DNA of 64,000 nucleotides from Podarcis liolepis. Its lineage: Eukaryota. A program made the position numbers and the translations under genes. The notes under the pieces are model-generated. The model worked only from the letters and a program-made list of their open reading frames with translations. It had not been told where the DNA came from and made no database searches. The DNA lies in assembly GCA_965112155.1 (NCBI GenBank), contig OZ218107.1, one strand, 5' to 3'. This document shows, one piece after another, positions 57,201-64,000 of the stretch; within the stretch, counting starts at the first letter, position 1, and the number at the start of each line of letters is the position of its first letter.

Positions 57201-57506
57201 GCCTCTGATGCTGGTGAAAATCAGTACTGTAGTAGTTTTTAAAATAGCTGGAACAAATCCTGATCTAATTGCCATGTATTTAGTATGTGATATTTTAATA
57301 ACTTCTGTGGTGGTGATTTCAGAATTAGCAACCTTTTGAATTCACCTCTTTTGTTCATACATTTTTGCAGAGACATCACAGCTCTAAGAACCAGAATGAC
57401 TTCAAGCTCACAGACTCCAGATAATAATTTCTTTAACTTCAAGCACTATGTCTTCATTTTACTGATGATTCTCCTGCAGCTTGCAATCAATTACTGGTTT
57501 AAATAG
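6175..57506 (+). CDS. OSBPL8: Oxysterol-binding protein-related protein 8 (ORP8L form), spliced CDS of 23 exons, 2670 nt, 889 aa
   Basis: Manual exon chaining with consistent phases. The N-terminus [14 protein letters not shown] and internal MSQRQGKE are ORP8-type, not ORP5-type. PH domain ([18 protein letters not shown]), ORD fingerprint EQVSHHPP and C-terminal hydrophobic anchor are present. Confidence 0.97.
6730..6861. mobile_element. Short palindromic MITE-like repeat; related degenerate copies at ~12820-12940, ~16560-16690, ~17385-17510, ~35915-36035, ~52608-52705 and ~58956-59072
   Basis: Inverted termini tttaaaccagc / gctggtttaaa; recurring ctccagatgtt...actcccatca...gtagtcc core. Confidence 0.75.
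8556..8677 (-). mobile_element. Degenerate tRNA-derived SINE fragment (boundaries approximate)
   Basis: The reverse strand begins atagctcagtggcaga (A-box-like) with a B-box-like ggatcaatccc. Confidence 0.55.
9785..9810. repeat. (GGT)n microsatellite
   Basis: About 8 perfect units. Confidence 0.9.
10634..10670 (+). CDS. OSBPL8: Coding exon 2 (37 nt): [12 protein letters not shown](G)
   Basis: aag| acceptor after a long pyrimidine tract and CAG|gtaagt donor. Phase 0 to 1 bridges the flanking exons. Confidence 0.85.
15723..15860 (+). CDS. OSBPL8: Coding exon 3 (138 nt), contains ORP8S-type start MSQRQGKE at 15770
   Basis: tttttcag| ... ATG|gtaaga; translates (G)[45 protein letters not shown]. 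Confidence 0.95.
21613..22014 (+). mobile_element. CR1 LINE 3' fragment
   Basis: RT-tail-like gaagctgaatgttggaaga...agattagacaaattcatggagg, then a 3'UTR ending gctcttctta.gttctta. Confidence 0.8.
25064..25148. repeat. ~85-bp hairpin-like interspersed repeat (similar copies at ~6312-6395 and ~16750-16840)
   Basis: caatcctaac ... gttaggattg inverted termini. Confidence 0.65.
26760..27100 (-). mobile_element. L2 LINE 3' end fragment
   Basis: Minus-strand ORF has [14 protein letters not shown], the L2 ORF2 C-terminal motif; (TAA)n-type tail. Confidence 0.8.
29621..29756 (+). CDS. OSBPL8: Alternative ATG-containing exon encoding an ORP5-like basic N-terminus (predicted 862-aa isoform)
   Basis: [45 protein letters not shown](G). 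Donor GAG|gtttgt is phase 1 and in frame with exon 32050. Possible acceptor ttacacag at 29608. CpG retention against an AT-rich intron. Confidence 0.8.
32050..32120 (+). CDS. OSBPL8: Coding exon 4 (71 nt): (G)[23 protein letters not shown]
   Basis: ctcttcaag| ... AAG|gtgagc. Confidence 0.95.
34281..34376 (+). CDS. OSBPL8: Coding exon 5 (96 nt): [32 protein letters not shown]
   Basis: attttcag| ... AAG|gtgagt. Confidence 0.95.
36250..36351 (+). CDS. OSBPL8: Coding exon 6 (102 nt), polybasic pre-PH helix: [34 protein letters not shown]
   Basis: tttacag| ... AAG|gtcagg. Confidence 0.97.
37492..37695 (+). CDS. OSBPL8: Coding exon 7 (204 nt), PH domain core
   Basis: [18 protein letters not shown]...EQSIWAVK; gttaag| ... 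AAG|gtaagt. Confidence 0.98.
38645..38985 (+). mobile_element. CR1 LINE 3' fragment containing a (TTAA)n tract at 38737-38775
   Basis: Colinear with the 21613 copy; ends ctcttcttatgtacta. Confidence 0.75.
39567..39651 (+). CDS. OSBPL8: Coding exon 8 (85 nt): [28 protein letters not shown](G)
   Basis: ttttaag| ... ATG|gtaaat. Confidence 0.97.
40437..40605 (+). CDS. OSBPL8: Coding exon 9 (169 nt), end of PH domain: (G)[21 protein letters not shown]...
   Basis: tttttag| ... CC|gtaagt; TACTAAC branch point at 40411-40417. Confidence 0.97.
41650..41897. mobile_element. Tc1/mariner (Tigger-like) MITE, older copy
   Basis: TA flanks; imperfect TIRs CAGGTAGCCCCCAGTTTA / TAAATGGGGAGCTGCCTG. Confidence 0.7.
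42840..43065 (+). CDS. OSBPL8: Coding exon 10 (226 nt), acidic linker [13 protein letters not shown]...EELGE
   Basis: ttttttaag| ... GAG|gttaaa; phase 2 to 0. Confidence 0.95.
43994..44178 (+). CDS. OSBPL8: Coding exon 11 (185 nt), start of ORD: [42 protein letters not shown]...
   Basis: gttgaag| ... GA|gtgagt; LPTFILE motif of PS-transporting ORDs. Confidence 0.97.
44340..44970 (+). mobile_element. Old L2 3' fragment split by the Sauria SINE
   Basis: [18 protein letters not shown] resembles the L2 ORF2 tail; the remnant resumes at agagggcctttt after the SINE. Confidence 0.6.
44491..44854 (-). mobile_element. Near full-length, CpG-rich (young) Sauria SINE
   Basis: (ACCTTT)-type tail read as aaggtaaaaaggtaaaggta; tRNA-like head with B-box (gattcgaacc on +). 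Confidence 0.93.
45263..45344 (+). CDS. OSBPL8: Coding exon 12 (82 nt): [27 protein letters not shown]
   Basis: gtttctag| ... AAG|gtaaca. Confidence 0.97.
46100..46290 (+). mobile_element. tRNA-derived CORE/MIR-like SINE; related minus-strand copies at ~36950-37130 and ~63867-63960
   Basis: ggattcaatgcccc...gtgaccttgggcc...tctcagcctaacctacctcacaggg core. Confidence 0.75.
46647..46745 (+). CDS. OSBPL8: Coding exon 13 (99 nt): [33 protein letters not shown]
   Basis: [14 protein letters not shown] motif; ttttcag| ... CAG|gtatta. Confidence 0.98.
47270..47713 (-). mobile_element. Probable solo LTR (444 bp)
   Basis: TG...CA termini with imperfect inverted repeat (tgtcaggagttc / gaattctaaca); locally CpG-rich; AATAAG-like signal on the minus strand; no matching TSD. 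Confidence 0.55.
48316..48635. mobile_element. Tc1/mariner (Tigger-like) MITE, 320 bp
   Basis: TA TSD; TIRs CAGTGGTGCCTCGCAAGATGAA vs CAGTGGTGCCCCACAAGACGAA (19/22); internal tcgtcttgcga repeats. Confidence 0.92.
48760..48856 (+). CDS. OSBPL8: Coding exon 14 (97 nt): [32 protein letters not shown](G)
   Basis: Completes the EQ|VSHHPP OSBP fingerprint; caacag| ... ACG|gtaaga. Confidence 0.98.
49123..49221 (+). CDS. OSBPL8: Coding exon 15 (99 nt): (G)[32 protein letters not shown](G)
   Basis: ttctttcag| ... AAG|gtaaaa. Confidence 0.97.
50404..50501 (+). CDS. OSBPL8: Coding exon 16 (98 nt): (G)[32 protein letters not shown]
   Basis: ttaacag| ... AAG|gttagt. Confidence 0.97.
50607..52282. mobile_element. 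L1/Tx1-like non-autonomous retroelement insertion with 5' inversion
   Basis: Perfect 16-bp TSD gagacctcttttactg at 50591-50606 and 52283-52298; AATAAA and A-tail on + at the right end; degraded coding-like sequence on -. Confidence 0.85.
53452..53541 (+). CDS. OSBPL8: Coding exon 17 (90 nt): [30 protein letters not shown]
   Basis: tttaatag| ... TGG|gtgagt. Confidence 0.97.
54033..54169 (+). CDS. OSBPL8: Coding exon 18 (137 nt): [45 protein letters not shown](K)
   Basis: attacag| ... AA|gtaagt. Confidence 0.97.
54460..54645 (+). CDS. OSBPL8: Coding exon 19 (186 nt): [29 protein letters not shown]...WNYRFA(D)
   Basis: gtgctag| ... GA|gtaagt; conserved K..LEE.QR ORD helix. Confidence 0.97.
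54953..55040 (+). CDS. OSBPL8: Coding exon 20 (88 nt): [29 protein letters not shown]
   Basis: cccacag| ... ATG|gtaagc. Confidence 0.96.
55752..55851 (+). CDS. OSBPL8: Coding exon 21 (100 nt): [33 protein letters not shown](G)
   Basis: attgcag| ... AAG|gtaagt; SSPEPD.QDSSGSE matches recalled ORP8. Confidence 0.93.
56116..56218 (+). CDS. OSBPL8: Coding exon 22 (103 nt): (G)[33 protein letters not shown](R)
   Basis: ttctgaag| ... AG|gtgtgt; coiled-coil-like; phase 1 to 2 fits the neighbours. Confidence 0.92.
57371..57506 (+). CDS. OSBPL8: Coding exon 23, tail anchor: [44 protein letters not shown]
   Basis: tttttgcag| acceptor; hydrophobic C-terminal helix; TAG at 57504-57506. Confidence 0.95.
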
Positions 57507-60500
57507 AATGACTGGACAGATGAATATATGAAGTGGAAATATCATGTTCTTCGTGGGACCATATTTTCATCTTGGTTTGGCGTCAAATAAGGCAATATTA
57601 TCTAAAACACAGGGACACAGAAGATTTAAGTCTTGGCCTTAAAAGGCTGTGCTCACATGGAGCAATGTCCGTTATATTCCGTCCTATCCAGATGACATGG
57701 ACAATGCTTACATACCAGTACCTTTCTCTTTGCATCTTTAAAACGCTGGATAACCGCCTTGCATATTCTAAAGTGTTGTAGACTGCTCTGATAAATACCA
57801 GTACAGAATATAGCAGTCTGGGAATTCAAAAACACATATCTTCCTTCACTGTAATCATATAATCTCCAGTGGTCATATTAACAAAACAAGTGAATTCTAA
57901 CCTAAAACGTCTTCAGAGTTTAGTGGGAATTATGGTCTTCATACATTCATTAGGAAAATTATATCCAGTGATACTCATTTGGAAACTTAATAGTGGTAAA
58001 AAGATTAAACTACTCAGTTGTTCATTGCCATTAAAAGATGTTTACGCAGTTAGTCCAACATTTCATTAATCGCACATTTCTGTGATTGTTACTTATCTGC
58101 AGTTTTCCTTAGTTTATGAAAATGGAATTCCATTGATCACATTAGTGAATTTTGGAGAAATACCATTACAACAGTCCAAAGAGAGAGCTTTGTGTGCTCA
58201 GCAACATTCAATTCTTCCAAAACAGCATCGTCTGTTGGCAAATTGCAAGGTGCTGTATTATACAGTGAACAGTTTCAGAAACTCATTATGTTGAGGTGCA
58301 GACAGTGGAAGCCGTGGTTACTGTTGGGGTGGAAAAAACTCTTCTGTTTGATACCAGAAAAGACTTTCTAGGGTAATGAAGCATCAGCATGGTTTTCAAC
58401 AAACATTGGGTTTAATGGAGCCATTTGAGCCACCTGAATGTAATTGTGTCTGAACAGTTATGCTATAATATACAGTCTTGGGTAGCAACCTCAGCGTTTC
58501 AAGAATAAATCCCAGAAGCCAGGTAATTCCCACACAGTGCTGTTTATTAACATTCGCTTTGAGGGGGCCTAGATCCTAGCACTCATTGTAAATGAAAAAA
58601 ACCCAGTCTTCAAATCTTACTGGATGCATTCAAATTTCCAAAAGACAAATCTGTTCAAAACCAATTTTTAGTCCTGCTATTCTGCTTTTTTACATGACAT
58701 ATATAGTACGAATTTAAGATTCAAGGCAACATGCAGAAAAGTAGGATGTCCCAATTTTCAGTGATCTTAATTTACAGCAAATATAAATTCTTTCAGTAAG
58801 ACATGTGTATGTGGCACGCTGTCGATCGATTTAGCAGTCAAATGTTATATAAGAAGCTGTCAATTTACTACTTTTGTTATGTAGTCTAAAACAACTTAAG
58901 CAGAGGAAGATATCCTGGATTCAGCTCATTCTGGTTTAATATTTGCATATGTCCAGCCCAAGATGGACAACCTGTGGCCCTCCAGATGTTGTTGAACTCT
59001 TAACTCCCATCATTGCTGGCTGTAAAAGTGAAGAGTTAAGAGTCCAGCAATATTTGGACAGGCTTCCCATCCTGGTCTTGCCTGTCTTTCAGGTCTTTCC
59101 CTTTTGTTCTGCCTTGTGGACTTTTTGCCAAATCCAAATTTTAAAAATCATATTTAAATATGCATCAAATACTGCACACTTAACACACAATTCCATAACA
59201 GTGTATTAACAGGTTTCTAGTGCTGCAAATCAAAAGTTAAGATTTAATGTGGTTGTAGCAGGCAGTTTAGTCTGCCTAGCTGGATGCTTTACAGATTGCC
59301 TGGGATGCTGTCATAGTTACAAATACAAGTTGGTAAAAGATCTCCGTTGACAGTAGCACCACCAAATATTTATGCTGAGGTTGATGATCTATATGTATTA
59401 GTGAGCATTTGGGACAACTAACTGTTCATACACTGCAATACCCAGTGGTCAAAACTGTTAAGTTAACTTGCTTTCACTGGACTTTCGCCCCGTCTGCTTA
59501 ATGTGCATACCTAATATATTCTATTTCTGCCTGCTCGCACATGTTCTGTCCATGCATTTTTTTGGTAGAGCTAGAAAACGTATTCAATTGCTTTATTCTT
59601 TGGGGCATTTCTTTATTTATTTGCTTTTAAGAAAACTTTCTGTGGCAAAGTTAAATCACAAGAGTCCTGTCTTCTCCTGTCTCAAATATAAAAAGCACAG
59701 CTCTTAAAATTTAAATTCCTGCTTTGCTCCTTTACAGAATTCCTTGCGTGAGCAAAACAAAGGAATTTATTGCCTGATTCATTTTTTTTATACTATGTGG
59801 TTGATTATAGGCCTAGTTTGTTCATATATAATATTTAGCTATGTGTATACGACCTTAAATTCCTTCAGACCAAATGTTTTCTGGACATAGTTCTAAAAAC
59901 CCTGATTGTACAGTTTGTAGAACTCTGAAGGCAATGACGTCCCTGTTAATTTTTAGTATTTAAAGCAGAGCACTTGATTTCTCACTCAGTTGTGTATATT
60001 TTATGTACAGAAGTAGAAAATATTCAGAATTGCTTGTTACTGCCATATTTATGGCTGTTTGTTTAAAAGAAATGCACTATAAGCCTTTAATATGCCATGT
60101 AACCATTAACATACCTAAAAAGAAACTAAATGTGTTGGGTGTAAAGTAGTAAATAGAGTTCTGGCAATACACAAAAACTTGTAACTCATGTGTTAGGTTA
60201 GTTTTTAACTATTAAGCATCCCTTATAGGAGTACAGCATGCTTCCTTTTCATGAAAAGTTCATTCTAACAGCTAATCTGTATGTATCAAAGGATGTTACA
60301 GTTCACTGCCCTCCTGTGCCTTTGGGGAAAAACTTCTTGCCAATTCAATGTTAATGAAATGGAATGAGAGTTAAATACATTCATCTCATCTACCACGATG
60401 GTAGTTACTTACTTTAACAACTCTTTCTTCATGGTTTTTATCCTGTTGTAAATAGAATACTTAACTGCTAAACTCTTGTGACTGCTATGTTTCTACTGTA

Positions 60501-61655
60501 TCCTCAATTTTGGGGCATCTTTTGAGAGCAGGCCATCAGAAACTTGAGTATTGTAATAGTGCCTTGATGGAATTCACACAGAGATGAGGTGTGTTTATGA
60601 TAACAATGTTGTCAAGGTTGTGCCATATCTATTCATTAAACTTGGAAGTTGCTATATTTCCAATATTAACTTTCAGACAAACAATTTGAAAAAGATATGG
60701 TACATTTATTGAAGAACACATCAGATATTTTTTTCTTAGAATAATTAGTAATGACTAGGATCCAACAAGATCTCCAGATTTTGGAGTGTTGTCTTCTTAT
60801 ACAATGAAGCTGCAATGCTTTGTTTGTGATACTACAAAAATAGCCATAATAAAAATCATAATGTCACAGACAGATTATTTTGGCTTCACTTTGGTTTTCA
60901 TGGGTCAAAATATTCTGAGAAAATAAACTTGTGAACAAAAGTGTGTGTGGGATGTGAGGAGGAAAATTACTAAGAATTGAAAGAAAACTAGGTCTCCAAT
61001 TCTTGATGGAGCTTGTGGAAAAGAACACTTCTAATCAAATAGCTTCCTTGTGTGAACCAAAAAACACTTTTAGTGGATTTAAACTTTGGCTCAAATCTGG
61101 AAAGCACTTTTAAATATAAAGCATTCTGCTATTCTTGAACTCTTGTTCACATTCTTTAGTTTTTGAGCTTCACACAGTTCCCACCACATTTTTTTTTTTA
61201 CTTTAACACATTGCTTGGATTTTTATACTGTTACACTTTTTAAACTGAAAATGGGCTGTTTTACTAATGCTGTACAGACCAGTGGTTAATCCAGTGCATA
61301 CAATATATGTAAGGAAAAGTAAGAAGTTATGTCAGACAATGTGAATGTTAATGCACATATTTTATATATAGAGAGAGAAGAAAACCCTATTCATGAAAGT
61401 TTTTTGTTTCTACATATCATGTAAAGTAGCATTATTATTGCACTGTTTTCTTTTTTAAAAAAATCATGCTGCATGCAGTGTGATAAGAGAAGCAAGTAAT
61501 TCCTTTAAAAGAAGTGGAAATTGTGTGTTGCATGCTTAAATGTACAGCTGAGTTCCAACTTGTTCAAAAGGCCATTTGTAAATTTAAAGCTCTACCATTG
61601 GTCAATAGTTTTGTACACTTGAAGAAATAAAATAAAGAGCTGTGATCAAGAACAG
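57507..61655 (+). other. OSBPL8: Long 3'UTR of OSBPL8 (~4.1 kb, end approximate)
   Basis: AU-rich, repeat-poor sequence between the stop codon and the distal poly(A) signal. Confidence 0.7.
61626..61636 (+). terminator. Overlapping tandem polyadenylation signals AATAAAATAAA
   Basis: Several TGTA elements upstream and a GT-rich tract (ttgagttgttttgtatgg) ~25 nt downstream. Proximal AATAAA also at 58503, 60848 and 60922. Confidence 0.75.
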
Positions 61656-62777
61656 TACACTTGAGTTGTTTTGTATGGCTGAAACCAGCACCTAAAAGTC
61701 GTTGCTACTCTGGAGAAGACTCATTTATAATTCAAAGTTAAAATATTGAGTAAAAAACAAACAAACCTGCTACTACACATTCATATAAAAACTGAAAAGC
61801 TACAGTGAAATATTCCTCTTCATTAGACCTCTCCTCCTTGTGCACCCCTACATGAATTAGTCACTAAGCCACGCTTTAGTTTAGGGTTGATAATTGGCGA
61901 AAATGGGCTTCTCCTGCCTTTAAGAGCTGTGTGCCAGGCAGAAATTCAACAGATTAAGCCTTTTCTGATATGGAAGCACAATTATCGGTCAAGCTTCAGC
62001 CAGGTACTCTCTCATTGTATGTTGTGCCATGCCTTCCTTCTGGGCAGCCATGTTGCATCGAGCCATGCCATTTTGTGACTGGAGCCCACAGCAGTCTCAA
62101 AACTTGAAATGTCCCCACTAGCCCCCAGAAGCTGGCCCATACCTGTCCCAAAGCAAATGGCTCCCCCATTTCAAATAAGACCATTCTGGCATTTTTCAGC
62201 AGAACCATTTCAAAGCCTCCGAACGTGGATGCAATAGGTACCTCGAGGGGTAGAGGGGAAAACCCAGCATTAGAAGTTCCAGTTCTTCAGTGCAGGGCTT
62301 GGAGATAATGGCGCCATCTTGCCCACCTCCTCAGCGGCCCCTGGAACAGAAGTTAACTGGGCTGGAAGACGACAGTGTGGAAGCTCAAGAGCCTGGTTTG
62401 TTGTAAAAAGGTTGAAGAATAGGCAATTTGGAAATGTAGTACTCCGACCTGGCTGCTGCTTCTTTTTTTTTTTTAAGTAATTATTTTTATTCAGTTTTTA
62501 TAACAGCAGTACATTAAATAATAATAACCAACCTTTGTAACAAATTGGATCCCTGAGGAACCAAAAAAAGTCATGCTATTCTTATACAAGAAAGTAAATC
62601 ATTACTAACATTGCAAACATCCCTTTGCTTGCTGTTATATGATGAAAAACTCATAATACTAATCATTTTTTAAGTAAGTAAAATTTAATACAGCCTCCGA
62701 AAACAAACCCATAAGCATTCAATTATAGCATCATTTTACATAATATTAAAACAATAACGGTCAGAGAAACATATATA

Positions 62778-63193
62778 CAGTGCTTTTTTCTGGGGGGACG
62801 CAGAGGGGTGCATACCCCTAAACGTTTTTTGACTCTTAACAGGACAAGAAACTTTAAAAAAAAATTCGTTTCTTCGCTAGCACAGTGAATCATCACTTCC
62901 ATTGCTACCCCCGATGACAGCCTCATTCCCTGTCACGGTGTTTCCTGAGTCTCAGGCGGAAGCGAGCGTTTAATGTGTGAAGCAGTGTGGTATATGGATG
63001 TGTAGTGTTTTACTGATGAAAGTTTGGCCTCATTGAGGGGCCATATTTCAATATGAGTAATGCATGTTCTTTGTACTTTTGTCCATTTACTGTATTTATT
63101 TTCCCTGATTTGAACTATAAAATGGTGGCTTTCTTGAGTCAAAATGAAAGTACCCCTAAATATATTGTATCTTATTTTTAGAAAAAAGCACTG
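62778..63193. mobile_element. Non-autonomous hAT transposon (416 bp)
   Basis: Perfect 14-bp TIRs CAGTGCTTTTTTCT / AGAAAAAAGCACTG; perfect 8-bp TSD catatata. Confidence 0.93.
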
Positions 63194-63519
63194 CATATAT
63201 AGTACTAAGAAATAACAACAACAACAACAACAACATCAATAATATTTACAATAAATCACCAGTGCTCCCACCATTTTTCAACGCAAGTGCTGCAGTGCTG
63301 CTATCCAACCAGCAGGCTTTCAAAGCAAAGGCCTGGGGTGCAAATCCTGAAGAGACTCCACATTGTCACAGGACGGGAGTCTTGTCATCACCAGGCTTTT
63401 AAAGGCACAGGAATCTTGCAAAAGGGTGTGGGGTAAAGTTCCATGCTTGCCTTTCTTTCCATCCCTACCCCTCATTGTCGAGGGCAGGTGTCATTAATTT
63501 AATTTGTTGTAATTGAAAG

Positions 63520-63850
63520 GATCCTTGAACCCTGCCTGGTATTTTGGAGGGTGGCAACATGAGAACGGGCCTTTTGTGTGGTGGCTCCCCATCTGTGGAA
63601 TGCTCCTCGCAGAGAGAATTGCCTGGCTCCATTACATGTCTTTAGGCGCCAGGAAAACACATTCCTCTTTACCCAGACCTTCAGCCATTAAATAATCTAT
63701 GGTCTATTTAAGGGGACGTCGACGACTGTTATGATTATTTTATTATTATGCTCTTTATTATTATGCTATTATTATTATGTTCCTTAAAAGATGTTTCTAA
63801 TGTTGTCTACTGCCCTGGGAGCTTTTGATAAAGGGTGGTATATAAATCTA
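63520..63850 (+). mobile_element. L2 LINE 3' fragment
   Basis: cgggccttttgtgtggtggctccccatctgtggaatgc encodes RAFCVVAPHLWN; ends gggtggtatataaat. Confidence 0.7.
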
Positions 63851-64000
63851 AAAAACAACAGCAACAAAGTAGGTTAGGCTGAGAGGCAGTTACTGGCCCA
63901 GGGTCACCCAGTGAGTTTCATTGGGATTTGAACCCTAGATTCTCAGGTCTTGGTCCAACTGATGAAAATGTGCCCACTGAGCAAAACCTTATCTAGCCTG

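Noticed and set aside
6175-57506. Calling the gene OSBPL5
   Set aside because: Despite the ORP5-like alternative exon, the main exons ([36 protein letters not shown]) match recalled ORP8.
62300-62330. YY1-like GCGCCATCTT suggesting a downstream gene promoter
   Set aside because: There is no CpG island or recognisable exon, and it sits beside a poly-T repeat tail in probably repeat-derived sequence.
1-64000. Most of the 60-116 aa ORFs in the supplied track
   Set aside because: They are chance ORFs in introns, UTR or repeats, many with non-ATG starts. Only those overlapping OSBPL8 exons (37453, 40400, 42814, 43958, 48664) or LINE remnants have recognisable content.

Overview
This is AT-rich vertebrate genomic DNA. 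The Sauria-SINE, CR1, L2 and MITE content points to a squamate reptile, probably a lacertid lizard (inference). Almost the whole window is one + strand gene, OSBPL8 (ORP8), the ER tail-anchored PS/PI4P lipid-exchange protein. I traced 23 coding exons by hand from ATG 6175 to TAG 57506. All junctions are GT-AG and phase-consistent, giving a 2670-nt CDS and an 889-aa protein with a PH domain, an ORD carrying EQVSHHPP, and a C-terminal TM anchor. A ~4.1-kb 3'UTR follows and ends at tandem AATAAA signals near 61630. The promoter and non-coding first exon lie upstream of the window. The most interesting signal is an ATG-bearing 136-nt exon in a long intron (29621-29756). It encodes a basic, ORP5-like N-terminus in frame with the downstream exons, and a candidate TATA-driven first exon lies upstream of it. 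Together with a frameshifting 37-nt exon that has a distant branch point, this suggests a three-way N-terminal switch for ORP8. Other observations are candidate poison exons, a templated-insertion duplication, a twin-primed LINE insertion, nested repeats and a miR-143 8mer site. Most ORFs in the supplied track are spurious. Comparisons to human ORP8 and ORP5 are from memory, not from an alignment. Whether any of this is undescribed cannot be judged without database searches.
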